DNA from: Rhodothermales bacterium
GTDB lineage: Bacteria; Bacteroidota; Rhodothermia; Rhodothermales; VXPQ01
Assembly: GCA_040904565.1 (NCBI GenBank)
Contig: JBBDTI010000030.1
Coordinates: 22,448-50,283 of the forward strand
Direction: 5' to 3'
Length of the DNA: 27,836 bases
Shown here: positions 7,903-17,727 of the stretch, one piece after another
How positions within the stretch are numbered: the stretch's first letter is position 1
How the letters are laid out: the number at the start of each line of letters is the position of its first letter
Notes under the pieces: model-generated
Databases searched by the model: none
What the model saw: only the letters and a program-made list of their open reading frames with translations
Told to the model about the DNA's origin: nothing
Position numbers and translations under genes: made by a program

Positions 7903-9249
7903 ATGACGGGCAGGCCGATCATCGAAATAGAACACCTGTCGAAGCTGTATCGTCTTGGCACGATCGGCTACGGTTCGCTGCGTACGTCGGCCAGTGCCTG
8001 GCTGGCGAGGCGTCGAGGCGGTGCCGTACCGGTACCGTTCTCCGGCATCCACCCGGCACAGGCCGGTCCTCGCCCGAATACGTTCTGGGCCCTCCGCGAT
8101 TTCTCCGCCACCGTTCGCGAGGGGGAGATCGTCGGCGTCATCGGGCGAAACGGCGCGGGCAAGTCGACGCTGCTCAAACTGCTTTCCCGCATTACGGAGC
8201 CCACGGCCGGACGAGCCGTGGTGCACGGTACCGTCGGATCCATGCTCGAGGTGGGAGCGGGCTTTCACAGTGAGCTGAGCGGCCGCGACAATATTTTCCT
8301 GAGTGGAGCCATCCTGGGCATGAAGAAGGCCGAGATCTCGCGTCGGCTGGATGAAATCATCGGTTTCGCGGATATCGGCGCCTTCATCGACACGCCGGTC
8401 AAACGGTATTCGAGTGGGATGTACGTTCGTCTGGCCTTTGCCGTCACGGCTCACCTCGAGCCGGACATCCTCCTCATCGACGAGGTGCTCGCCGTCGGAG
8501 ACGCCGCCTTCCAGAAGCGCTGCCTCGGTCGCATGAAAGACGCTGCGGCGGAGCATGGGCGCACCGTGTTGTTCGTAAGCCACAATCTCGGAGCCATCCA
8601 GCGCCTTTGCGAGCGATGTCTACTGCTGGATCGCGGCAGACTTCAGAGCGCCGGAGATCCGAGGTCCATGGTAGCCGAGTACCTCTCGAACGGTGCAGCG
8701 ACGGCGATTCCGGGACAATGGATCGACGTAGCGGTCGTTAGACGGGAGGGGTCGGGAGAGGCGCGTTTTGCAGCCGTTCGCTTTGGCAGCGGGAATCCGG
8801 ACGCAGCGGGTCACCCTTATTCGAATGGACCGCTCGAGATCGAGCTGGCGATCGACGCGGAGCGGCCGGTATCGGTACGAAGTATTGCGATAGGACTTCG
8901 GGATGGGGCCGGCCGCCGCCTGCTGAATGCCGACATCGGTGCCTTCGGCCAGACCGTTCGCCTTCCGCCGGGTCGAACCATCGTCCGATTGCGCATTGAG
9001 CACCTGCACCTCATGCCGGGAACGTACGGGCTCGCCCTGTGGATGGCCCGCTATTCGGGAGAGTACATCGGCGATAGAGACGTCGTCGACTACGTGGAGA
9101 AAGCGATGGACGTCGAGGTGGTGGATCTCGCGCGGCCCGGCATCCGCACGGCGATAGGGGATACAGGCATCGTAACGTGCGAATTCAGCGTGCTCGACAT
9201 ATCTCATCCGCAGGCTCTTCGAGACACCATCCTGACAGGGTCGATCTGA
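7903..9249 (+). CDS. wzt: ABC polysaccharide exporter ATPase with C-terminal Wzt_C-like carbohydrate-binding extension
   Basis: Walker A GRNGAGKST, signature YSSGMYVRLAF, Walker B LLIDEVLAVGD and VSHN, followed by a beta-rich tail (LHLMPGTYGL). GGAG at 7887-7890. Confidence 0.95.
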   Translation: MTGRPIIEIEHLSKLYRLGTIGYGSLRTSASAWLARRRGGAVPVPFSGIHPAQAGPRPNTFWALRDFSATVREGEIVGVIGRNGAGKSTLLKLLSRITEPTAGRAVVHGTVGSMLEVGAGFHSELSGRDNIFLSGAILGMKKAEISRRLDEIIGFADIGAFIDTPVKRYSSGMYVRLAFAVTAHLEPDILLIDEVLAVGDAAFQKRCLGRMKDAAAEHGRTVLFVSHNLGAIQRLCERCLLLDRGRLQSAGDPRSMVAEYLSNGAATAIPGQWIDVAVVRREGSGEARFAAVRFGSGNPDAAGHPYSNGPLEIELAIDAERPVSVRSIAIGLRDGAGRRLLNADIGAFGQTVRLPPGRTIVRLRIEHLHLMPGTYGLALWMARYSGEYIGDRDVVDYVEKAMDVEVVDLARPGIRTAIGDTGIVTCEFSVLDISHPQALRDTILTGSI

Positions 9250-9252
9250 GAC

Positions 9253-10305
9253 ATGCCAAATCGAACCTACATTTCGACGGCCGCACGGCCCGTACGGCGC
9301 GCACTGAGGCGGTGGCGGCGGCGCCTCGATCCAAAGATCGTCGTACTCCTGTATCACCGCGTCGCCGATGTCCCGTCTGACCCATGGGACCTGTGCGTCA
9401 CGCCGCGCCATTTCGACGAGCATCTGTCGGTGCTCAAACAGCACGTCGACGTCATCCCGATTTCGGAGATGCAAGGCGCTCTGGAGAGCGGTTCGTTCGC
9501 GTCTCGGATGGCCGCGATCACCTTCGACGACGGCTATGCGGACAACCTGTATGCCGCACAGCCCATACTCGAACGTCACGACCTCCCGGCCACCTTCTTC
9601 TTGACGAGCGGATTGTTGGGCTCGGAGCACGAATTCTGGTGGGACGAGCTCGAACGCATCCTGGTGCAATGCGCTTGCCTGCCGGCGACGCTCGACCTCA
9701 CTCTCGGCGCTGAACGCCGCACGTGGAAGCTTAACGGGGAGTCCGAATGGAACGCGGCCGCGGGGAAGTGGCACCGCGAATGGCGCGCGTCCAATCCGCC
9801 CGAAACCCCCCGCCAGCGTCTATATTTGGCCGTCTGGAAGATCCTGCATCCTCTCCCGCCCGCCGAGCGTCAGGCCGCAATGACATCCCTGGCCGATTGG
9901 GCCGGACTCACGAGGTGGCCTCGGGCGTCTCACCGCATTTTGAATCCGGATGAGGCGGGCGTGTTAGCATCACGGCGCCGCGTCGAGATTGGCGCGCATT
10001 CCGTCCATCACGCCGCGCTGTCGGCCCAGCCGCTTTCCGCCCAGTCTGACGAAATTCGCTCGAGTAAGTCGAGCATCGAGGCGATGCTCGACAGGCGCGT
10101 CAACTATTTCGCGTACCCCTACGGCGACTTTTCGGGGGAGACCACGACGCTCGTCCGCGAGGCCGGATTTTCGGCGGCGTTTTCGGCGAGGGAGGGCACC
10201 GCCGGACCGCGGGGATCCCGGTGGGAATGGCCGCGCCGCAAGGTATGCGACTGGAGCGGTGCGGAATTCTCCCGAAAGCTCAGCGCCATGCTGGAACAGG
10301 ATTGA
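9253..10305 (+). CDS. Polysaccharide deacetylase (CE4/NodB-type) with large internal insertion
   Basis: Motifs LLYHRV, ITFDDGY, ATFF, IGAHSVHH and FAYPYG. Confidence 0.92.
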   Translation: MPNRTYISTAARPVRRALRRWRRRLDPKIVVLLYHRVADVPSDPWDLCVTPRHFDEHLSVLKQHVDVIPISEMQGALESGSFASRMAAITFDDGYADNLYAAQPILERHDLPATFFLTSGLLGSEHEFWWDELERILVQCACLPATLDLTLGAERRTWKLNGESEWNAAAGKWHREWRASNPPETPRQRLYLAVWKILHPLPPAERQAAMTSLADWAGLTRWPRASHRILNPDEAGVLASRRRVEIGAHSVHHAALSAQPLSAQSDEIRSSKSSIEAMLDRRVNYFAYPYGDFSGETTTLVREAGFSAAFSAREGTAGPRGSRWEWPRRKVCDWSGAEFSRKLSAMLEQD

Positions 10306-10310
10306 ACTCG

Positions 10311-11285
10311 ATGCAAACAGCCCCTCTCGTCAGCGTTATCACCATCTTCTACAACGCCGAGCGGTTTCTCGCCGATGCGATTCGCAGCGTACGTGCACAA
10401 ACCTACGATCGCTGGGAGCTTCTACTCGTCGACGACGGCTCGACGGATTATGGCAGTTCCATCGCGCGCGCCGTCGCGCGGTGCTACCCGGATCGTATCC
10501 GGTATCTCCACCATCCCGCCCACGAAAATCGCGGCATGAGTGCCTCGCGAAATCTTGGATTGCGCGAGGCGAACGGCGAGTACGTCGCACTGCTCGACGC
10601 CGACGACGTGTGGCTGCCTGGCAAGCTCGAGGCGCAGGTGGCCATCATGGCCTCGCAGCCACGCGCCGCCATGGTGTACGGGCGTACGGAAATATGGCAT
10701 AGCTGGACGGGGCTTCCGGAAGACTGCACGCGGGATTATTCGTTCGAGCTTGGCGTTGCTCCGGATTCGCTCATCGAGCCGCCGAACCTCGTGTATTCGA
10801 TGCTGGAGAACAAGGCACAGACACCCACGACCTGCAGTGTGCTGTTCCGCCGGCGCGCGGCGGAGAGCGTGGGGGGATTCCACGAGGGCTTTCGCGGGTT
10901 GTTCGAAGACCAGGTGTTCTTTTTCAAACTCTGTCTGACCGAGCCGGTGTTCGTCTCCGGTGCATTCTGGTCGCGCTACCGGCAGCACGAGGAAAGCTGC
11001 TGCGCCGTTGCCGAGCGGTCCGGTCGTACCGATTCCTCGCGCGTGGAGATGCTCCGTTGGATCGACGAGTACATGACGGTGCAGGGCGTAGCCAGCGCAG
11101 CGCTCCGGCGGGCACTGCGACGTGAACTTCGGCCCTATAGCTACCCGCTGTTGACGCGCGTCGCGTCGCGTAGCATGCGGTACATCCGCACGTTCAAATG
11201 GCGGCTCGCCCGTGTGCATGCGATTTGCGCCCGCGAGCAGGCAAATCGGCATTCCAATCGACAGCCTTCAGGTGATGCGACATGA
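10311..11285 (+). CDS. Glycosyltransferase family 2
   Basis: Motifs PLVSVITIFYN, LVDDGSTD, SASRNLG, LDADD and FEDQ. ATG lies 5 nt after the deacetylase stop. Confidence 0.92.
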   Translation: MQTAPLVSVITIFYNAERFLADAIRSVRAQTYDRWELLLVDDGSTDYGSSIARAVARCYPDRIRYLHHPAHENRGMSASRNLGLREANGEYVALLDADDVWLPGKLEAQVAIMASQPRAAMVYGRTEIWHSWTGLPEDCTRDYSFELGVAPDSLIEPPNLVYSMLENKAQTPTTCSVLFRRRAAESVGGFHEGFRGLFEDQVFFFKLCLTEPVFVSGAFWSRYRQHEESCCAVAERSGRTDSSRVEMLRWIDEYMTVQGVASAALRRALRRELRPYSYPLLTRVASRSMRYIRTFKWRLARVHAICAREQANRHSNRQPSGDAT

Positions 11286-12343
11286 AAATGCTGGTTGCCG
11301 GTTGGTTCAGTTTTGAGAATGGACACGCGACGGCGGGTGACATGCTGGCGCGCGACGTCGCGTGCGAATGGATGAAGGCAGCGGGCTGGTCCCCCGACGT
11401 TTCCATGGCGGCACCGTTCGAAGGCGGCGTGGATCTGGATCGAGTGGATCCCGCCGACTACTCGCATCTCCTGTTTGTGTGCGGTCCCTTCGAGCAGGGC
11501 GAGCTGGAGGCCCGGCTGCTCGGCCGCTTTGGTCACTGCCGTCTGATCGGTCTAAACCTGTCGATGTCGGTTCCCCTCGACCAGTGGAGTCCCTTCGACC
11601 TGCTGCTCGAGCGAGATAGCAGTCGCGCCGCGCATCCTGACATCGTCTTCACCTCCAGGACCAGGAAGATCCCCGTCATCGGTGTCTGCCGGGTCGAGCC
11701 ATTTCCCGGTGCAGCCGATCATCTGGCGAACGCGGCCATCGATCGACTGGTCGCGTCCGGAGAGATGGCCGTCGTCGAGATCGACACACGTCTCGACGCC
11801 AATACGACCGGCCTCCGAACGGCGGCGGAAGTCGAGGCGCTAATCGCCCGCGTGGACGTGCTCATAACGACGCGCCTGCATGGCTTGGTGCTGGCTCTGA
11901 AAAACGGCGTTCCCGCCATCGCGATCGATCCCATAGCGGGAGGCGCCAAAATCCGGAAACAGGCGCAGACCATCGGGTGGCCCATTGTGTTCAATACGGA
12001 TTGTCTGAGCGACGTCCAGCTGCACCGGGCACTTACATACTGCCTGACGGACGATGCCCGCAGACGAGCCGTTCAATCTGCGGCGCGCGCGCGACTATGG
12101 GTGGACGAGGCGGGAGATGCTCTGATCGCGGCACTCGCTGATCCTGAAAAGCTAGAGCGCACCTATCGTGCCCGGCAGGCGTCTTCCTCGAACGGAGCAT
12201 GGATGGATCGGTATGCTGTGGATCGTCCGGTCGACAATCGGGGCGTAGCTCGCCGCAGACTGCGTGGTTCGATCGCCCGACGGATATTCCAATTGGTCAG
12301 CGCTGTGACCGGCAGGACGACCAGGCGGCGGGGAGAGCGATGA
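11282..12343 (+). CDS. Polysaccharide pyruvyl transferase family protein
   Basis: N-terminal GWFS...TAGD and C-terminal ITTRLHGLVLALKNGVPAIAI, typical of PS_pyruv_trans. ATGA overlaps on both sides. Confidence 0.78.
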   Translation: MKMLVAGWFSFENGHATAGDMLARDVACEWMKAAGWSPDVSMAAPFEGGVDLDRVDPADYSHLLFVCGPFEQGELEARLLGRFGHCRLIGLNLSMSVPLDQWSPFDLLLERDSSRAAHPDIVFTSRTRKIPVIGVCRVEPFPGAADHLANAAIDRLVASGEMAVVEIDTRLDANTTGLRTAAEVEALIARVDVLITTRLHGLVLALKNGVPAIAIDPIAGGAKIRKQAQTIGWPIVFNTDCLSDVQLHRALTYCLTDDARRRAVQSAARARLWVDEAGDALIAALADPEKLERTYRARQASSSNGAWMDRYAVDRPVDNRGVARRRLRGSIARRIFQLVSAVTGRTTRRRGER

Positions 12344-13254
12344 AGGTTACCGTAGTCGTTGCCACGTACAACCACGAGCGCTTCATTCGGCAGGCGCTGG
12401 ACAGCGTGCTGATGCAGGTGGGGGGCTTCGAACTGGAGGTGCTCCTCTCCGAAGACTGCTCGACGGATGGTACACGGGAGATTGTGAGAGACTACGAGCG
12501 GCGCTATCGGGGTACAATACGACTGCTTCTGTCGAAGGAAAACGTTCGGACAAACGCCGTCGTAGCCCGCGGTATCGAGGCCGCCCGAGGCGAGTACGTG
12601 GCCTTGCTGGACGGCGACGACTTTTGGCTGTCGCCATTCAAGCTGAAGAAGCAGGTGGACTTCCTAGACGCGCATCCCGAGTGCTCGATCTGCTTTCACA
12701 ACGCCCGAGTGATCCGCGAAGAGGGGACGGACCCGTCGTGGAACTGGACACCCTCCGATCATCCCGAAATCACGACGCTGGAACATCTGCTTCTGGGAAA
12801 CTTCATCGCCACGTGCTCTACGATGTATCGGCGCGGCCTGATCGAACCGATTCCGAGCTGGTACGACACCTTCTTCCCCATCACCGACTGGCCCCTTCAC
12901 ATTCTGAATGCCGAGCAGGGACACATCGGCTACATCAACGAAGTGCTGGGTGTCTACCGCTATCATTCGGGCGGACTCTATTCACCGATGGACCAGCGCC
13001 AGAAGCTGGCGGCGACGCTGCGTTTCTATCGGCGGATCAACGCGTGCCTGGACTATCGGTACGATCGCCAGATTCGGGCGGCTACATCCAAGTATTTCAT
13101 AGAGTGGGCAGAGGAGTATCTGAATCGAAACGACCGAGAAGCGGCCAGAGCATGCTTTCAGTCCTATCTGACGGGACGTCCCCTGAACCGCTACATTTCG
13201 ATAAGGCGGATGCTGCGGATGGCCTTTAGACTCTATGCACCGGACTCGAAGTGA
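12340..13254 (+). CDS. Glycosyltransferase family 2
   Basis: Motifs VTVVVATYNHERF, EDCSTDGT, LDGDDFW, KLKKQ, TDWPL and YRYHSGG. GGAG upstream of ATG 12340. Confidence 0.93.
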   Translation: MKVTVVVATYNHERFIRQALDSVLMQVGGFELEVLLSEDCSTDGTREIVRDYERRYRGTIRLLLSKENVRTNAVVARGIEAARGEYVALLDGDDFWLSPFKLKKQVDFLDAHPECSICFHNARVIREEGTDPSWNWTPSDHPEITTLEHLLLGNFIATCSTMYRRGLIEPIPSWYDTFFPITDWPLHILNAEQGHIGYINEVLGVYRYHSGGLYSPMDQRQKLAATLRFYRRINACLDYRYDRQIRAATSKYFIEWAEEYLNRNDREAARACFQSYLTGRPLNRYISIRRMLRMAFRLYAPDSK

Positions 13255-13257
13255 ACC

Positions 13258-14250
13258 ATGCACCGTGAGCATCCACATCGAGCCCGTATCGATCCCGTGC
13301 CGACGGACGTCCATCGGCCGTTATGGTCCGTCATGATTCCGACGTACAACTGCGCACGGTATCTGCGTGAGACGCTCAAAAGTGTGATGGCGCAGGATCC
13401 CGGACCCGATCGCATGCAAATTGAGGTCGTCGACGATCATTCGACGCTGGACGATCCGGAAGTGGTCGTCGCCGAATGGGCCGGCCGCGTCGCCTTCGTC
13501 AGGCAGCCCGAGAACGTCGGGCATACGGAAAACTTCAGCACGTGCTTGCGGCGAGCGCGCGGCGAGCTCATCCACCTTCTCCACGGCGACGACGTTGTAC
13601 TCACCGGCTTTTACCGGCAGATGGAGCGGGCTTTTCAGCAAAATGGTCGCATCGGAGCTGCATTCTGTCGGCACATCTTCATCGACGGTGAAGGCCGCTG
13701 GAAGGGCATCTCCCCGCTGGAACAGCGAGCGACCGGTGAACTGGAGAACGGCCTCGAGCGTCTCGCAAGCGAGCAGCGCGTGGTTACGCCCTCGATGGTC
13801 GTGAAGCGGGACGTATATGAGGCCCTTGGCGGATTCGACGACCGCCTCATCTGCAGTGAAGACTGGGAGATGTGGGTACGCGTCGCCGCGCACTATCCGG
13901 TATGGTACGAGATAGAGCCACTGGCAATGTACAGAATGCACGACGCGTCAAACACCGGCCGACACATCCGCAGCGGCGAGGACATCACCTTCACGTACCG
14001 TGCGATTGAGATGTTCATACCGTATCTGCCGGATTCCATGGCCAGCCGCGTCGGCCGCGCGGCGAAAATTACGTACGCGCATGCAGCGCTCAGAATGGCA
14101 AGGCAGGTCTACGCCGCCGGAGACGCGGCGGCGGCGGGCGCCCAGATTCGCGCCGCGCTGGCGTGCAGCCGCTCGTGGACGGTTCTGGCCCACGTCGGCC
14201 GCCTTCTCTCGTGGGCCGTCTGGCGACGCCTGTCCGGTAAGCGGTTATGA
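13258..14250 (+). CDS. Glycosyltransferase family 2
   Basis: Motifs WSVMIPTYN, VVDDHST, LLHGDD, SEDWEMW and YRMH. Confidence 0.93.
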   Translation: MHREHPHRARIDPVPTDVHRPLWSVMIPTYNCARYLRETLKSVMAQDPGPDRMQIEVVDDHSTLDDPEVVVAEWAGRVAFVRQPENVGHTENFSTCLRRARGELIHLLHGDDVVLTGFYRQMERAFQQNGRIGAAFCRHIFIDGEGRWKGISPLEQRATGELENGLERLASEQRVVTPSMVVKRDVYEALGGFDDRLICSEDWEMWVRVAAHYPVWYEIEPLAMYRMHDASNTGRHIRSGEDITFTYRAIEMFIPYLPDSMASRVGRAAKITYAHAALRMARQVYAAGDAAAAGAQIRAALACSRSWTVLAHVGRLLSWAVWRRLSGKRL

Positions 14251-15320
14251 CGCGCCTCGTCCTCATTGGATGCGGAGCCGTAGCGCGCCGCTACTATGCT
14301 CCGGCGCTGAAAGCGCTGCAGCTCGCCGGCGAGATGCGTGTCGTCGGCGTCGTCGACTCCGATCCTGCGGCCGCACGCGCCGTGCGAGGGATGTTGCCGG
14401 AGTCGGCGGACTATCCAGACGTCAGTTCGATCCATCGCCTCGGCGCAGACCTGGCGATCGTTGCGACGCCGCCGCGGTACCACGCGGCACATACGAAGGC
14501 AGCGCTGGAGGCGGGACTCTCCGTGCTCTGCGAGAAGCCCATGGCCACCTCGATTGATGAAGGTCGGGCCATGGTAGACGCGGCAAAAGCCGCCGATCGC
14601 GTGCTGGCCGTTGGATTCATTCGGCGATTTCTACCGACCACCGGGGCCATTCATACGCTACTAAGGCGTGGCCTTCTCGGCGAGGTAACGTCCGTCACCG
14701 GCTTCGAAGGCGACGTATTTCGCTGGCCGGTTTCGTCGCCCGACTACTTCAGTCCACCAGAGGGGGGCGTGCTCTCAGACATCGGCAGTCACGCCCTCGA
14801 TCTGTTGAGATGGTGGATGGGGGACCCCGAAGAGATCGAGTATGAAGACGACGCCACGGGCGGCGTGGAGGTGAACTGCCGCATACGCATGAAGTGGGCC
14901 GGTGGTGCAACGGGAATGCTTCGGCTGAGCCGCGACTGGGCACGTCCCAATGAATACCACATTCAGTGTACCGGCGGCTGGATTCGCTGGTGCGTCGACT
15001 CGGCGGATACACTGCAGATCGGCATCGCAGACGGCAGGTATGGTTTTGATGCTCGAATTATGGATGCAGCCGGTGATGGCAACGCCCGGGCGGCGACGTT
15101 TGAGGACGGCTTTGCCGTCCAGCTGCGAAACGTCGCCGCGGCCCATCGAGGACGTGCGGTGCCGGTCGTGCCCGGCGAGGAAGGGCTGCAGAATCTCCGC
15201 CTGATCGAACGATGCCGTCAGCAGCGGAAGCGGATGTTGATGCCCTGGCTATCTGAAGCCGAGTGGTCCGGCGCGAGCCGTCGCGCCGGCGGATCAGTCA
15301 CCGGGATCAGGGAGGCATAG
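14247..15320 (+). CDS. Gfo/Idh/MocA family NAD(P)-dependent oxidoreductase
   Basis: Motifs LIGCGAVA, IVATPPRYH, VLCEKPMA and GGVLSDIGSHALD. Confidence 0.93.
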   Translation: MTRLVLIGCGAVARRYYAPALKALQLAGEMRVVGVVDSDPAAARAVRGMLPESADYPDVSSIHRLGADLAIVATPPRYHAAHTKAALEAGLSVLCEKPMATSIDEGRAMVDAAKAADRVLAVGFIRRFLPTTGAIHTLLRRGLLGEVTSVTGFEGDVFRWPVSSPDYFSPPEGGVLSDIGSHALDLLRWWMGDPEEIEYEDDATGGVEVNCRIRMKWAGGATGMLRLSRDWARPNEYHIQCTGGWIRWCVDSADTLQIGIADGRYGFDARIMDAAGDGNARAATFEDGFAVQLRNVAAAHRGRAVPVVPGEEGLQNLRLIERCRQQRKRMLMPWLSEAEWSGASRRAGGSVTGIREA

Positions 15321-15323
15321 CCG

Positions 15324-16454
15324 ATGCAAACGATAGCCATTCTGGGTGCGAGCGGATTTATCGGATCGCGTGCCGTGGAAATGCTTCACCTCGGGGGCGT
15401 GGCGGACGTTAGGCCAATCGTACGTACGGCAGCGCGACTTGCACCGCTGTCACGGTTCGATCTGGACGCGCGGATCGCCGACGCTCGCCACCAAGAGGCG
15501 CTCGAGGCCGCTTTCTCCGGCTGCGACGTCGTCGTCCATACCGTCGCGGGCAGTTGCGAGCTCATTCGATCGGTCATCGAGCCGGTTTACTGCGCCGCAT
15601 GCCGGGCCGGTGTCGGAAGGCTAATCTATCTCAGCAGCGCGTCCGTCCACGGTCAGGCCCCGCTTCCGGGCACCGATGAGGAGACCGCCCTGCCGCGCCG
15701 GCATGCGCTCCCGTACAACGGCGCCAAGGCCGGGGCCGAACAGATGCTCTTGCGGCTGCGGAAGAAGGGGGACGTCGAGGTAGTCGTTCTGCGTCCGGGC
15801 ATCGTGTACGGTCCCCGATCCTCATGGATCGGCGGCTTCGCCGACACACTCCTCCGCGGCGAAGCCTACTTGATCGACGGCGGCCGGGGCGCGTGTAACG
15901 CCATCTACGTCGACAATCTGATTCACGGCATTTGTACCGCAGGCGCCGCGTCCGCCGTCGACGGAGAGGCCTTCTTTTTGGGCGACCGCGAGCAGGTCAC
16001 CTGGGCCGATCTGTACGCGCCGATCGCCCACGCGCTCGGCTTCGAACTTGACCAGATCGAATCCGTCGCCCCTATCGAGTCGCCAACGTGGTTGGAGCGG
16101 GTGCTCGCCCTGCGCCGGACACGTCGCGTCCGGTCACTGGGAGCGTTCCTTCCCGTCCGCCTGCGCCGCAGGCTGTCCGCTGAAATAGCCGCCAGATCCC
16201 CGGGCCCGTCGACCGGTTCGAACCGGCGGATGCTGCGACCGACGCTCGAGATGAGCCTCCTTCAAACGGGCCGCTATTGGCTGCCGTATGAAAAGGCGAA
16301 ACGTGTCCTCGGTTACGATCCTCCCGTATCCTTCGCGGAAGGTTGCCGGAACACAATAGGATGGATGGATTTTGCGGGATATCCGGTGGTCGATCATAGC
16401 GTCCTATTTACGCTGCACGGTGATCGTACAAGATCCGGCAATCTGCATGAGTAG
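15324..16454 (+). CDS. NAD-dependent epimerase/dehydratase (extended SDR)
   Basis: Motifs GASGFIG, YLSSASVHG, catalytic YNGAK, LRPGIVYGP and LGYDP. GGAGG at 15311-15315. Confidence 0.92.
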   Translation: MQTIAILGASGFIGSRAVEMLHLGGVADVRPIVRTAARLAPLSRFDLDARIADARHQEALEAAFSGCDVVVHTVAGSCELIRSVIEPVYCAACRAGVGRLIYLSSASVHGQAPLPGTDEETALPRRHALPYNGAKAGAEQMLLRLRKKGDVEVVVLRPGIVYGPRSSWIGGFADTLLRGEAYLIDGGRGACNAIYVDNLIHGICTAGAASAVDGEAFFLGDREQVTWADLYAPIAHALGFELDQIESVAPIESPTWLERVLALRRTRRVRSLGAFLPVRLRRRLSAEIAARSPGPSTGSNRRMLRPTLEMSLLQTGRYWLPYEKAKRVLGYDPPVSFAEGCRNTIGWMDFAGYPVVDHSVLFTLHGDRTRSGNLHE

Positions 16455-16607
16455 ACGAACGGTGTATCTGGAGCGAAGTCGCCATTCCCACGCATGGACG
16501 GCAAATGGGAATGACTGCACCACCGGATTTTCGCAGCGGTTCTCAATCGTTACGACACATATACGCAGTTGCACGCCAGGCCGACCATCCGTCGCACACG
16601 TATTCTC

Positions 16608-17558
16608 ATGCCGTTCTTCACCCCACTCGTTTCGATCGTTACCATCTTTCTGAACCAAGAGCAATTTCTGGAAGAAGCCATCGAGAGCGTCAGACGACAG
16701 ACGACGTGTCGGTGGGAGCTGCTTCTTGTCGACGATGGTTCGTCAGACGGGAGTTCAGAGATCGCTCGCCGGTTCGCTGTCGTTGATCCGCTGCGCATCC
16801 GCTACCTGACGCACGGTATCGGCATCAATCGCGGCAAGAGCGTATCCCGAAACCTCGGCCTGGGTGAGGCGCGGGCAGAGTACGTCACGTTCCTGGACGG
16901 AGACGACGTATTCTGCCCCCAAAAGATTGAGCGGCAGTCCGGAATATTGGAGCGCGAGCCGGCTGCGATGGTGTACGGCCCGTCACTCTACTGGCACCGG
17001 TGGCCGGGTGCATCGCCGTCGGGCCGTGCGGATGCTGCAGGACGACTGGGCCTCGCGCCGGATCGGATCTACGCCCCTCCGCGCCTGCTCACCCACTTTT
17101 TGCGCGAAGCCGGCACCGTACCCTGTATCAGCGGTCTGACGGTGCGCCGAACCGCGGCGCTGCAGGTTGGCGGATTCGACGAACGTATCGCAGATCTCTT
17201 CGAGGACCAGGTGTTTATCGCCAAGATCTGCGCGCGCTTTCCAGTGTACGTGGAAAGCGGATGCTGGGATCTGTACAGGCAGCACGCGGCATCGACCTCC
17301 CATCAGGCGATTGCCTGCGGGCGCTACCATCCGATTCGCCCGAACGACTCGCATCGCCAGTTCCTGTCCTGGCTGGAAGAACACGTCGCGGGTCAGCAAC
17401 TGACTGATACCGATCTGCGTGCGGCGCTTGCCAGATCCACGCGGCCCTATCGCTATTCTACTGTTTACTCTGTGGCGGATCGCTGTCGGCGTTTCGCAAG
17501 GCGAGCCGGCCGGACGATACGTCGTACGATGGCTTCAGGAGGGGAGATGTCGGTATGA
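16608..17558 (+). CDS. Glycosyltransferase family 2, paralogue of 10311..11285
   Basis: Motifs PLVSIVTIFLN, LVDDGSSD, SVSRNLG, LDGDD, FEDQ and YRQH. Confidence 0.9.
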   Translation: MPFFTPLVSIVTIFLNQEQFLEEAIESVRRQTTCRWELLLVDDGSSDGSSEIARRFAVVDPLRIRYLTHGIGINRGKSVSRNLGLGEARAEYVTFLDGDDVFCPQKIERQSGILEREPAAMVYGPSLYWHRWPGASPSGRADAAGRLGLAPDRIYAPPRLLTHFLREAGTVPCISGLTVRRTAALQVGGFDERIADLFEDQVFIAKICARFPVYVESGCWDLYRQHAASTSHQAIACGRYHPIRPNDSHRQFLSWLEEHVAGQQLTDTDLRAALARSTRPYRYSTVYSVADRCRRFARRAGRTIRRTMASGGEMSV

Positions 17559-17727
17559 ACGGCCGTGCACATTGGAAGGGCGTCCGCCGAGGAAATCCCC
17601 TTCGACGATCCGAGAAAATGTAAAAAAAGAGATACCTGGGAATAAATGGGAGTGACTGGCTTACGACAGCGTACACGGTACCCCGGCGCGGCTGCTTCAA
17701 CGTTATTAACGTCTGACGGAGAAGGTA

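Noticed and set aside
8620-9774. Long antisense ORFs (also 3478-4449, 7714-8583, 10422-11252, 22369-23625)
   Set aside because: These are typical stop-poor shadows of real genes in high-GC DNA and have no recognisable motifs.
16447-16653. 68-codon ORF overlapping the epimerase stop
   Set aside because: The sequence is Ser/Arg/His-rich with no motif or RBS, and it overlaps the next GT start out of frame.
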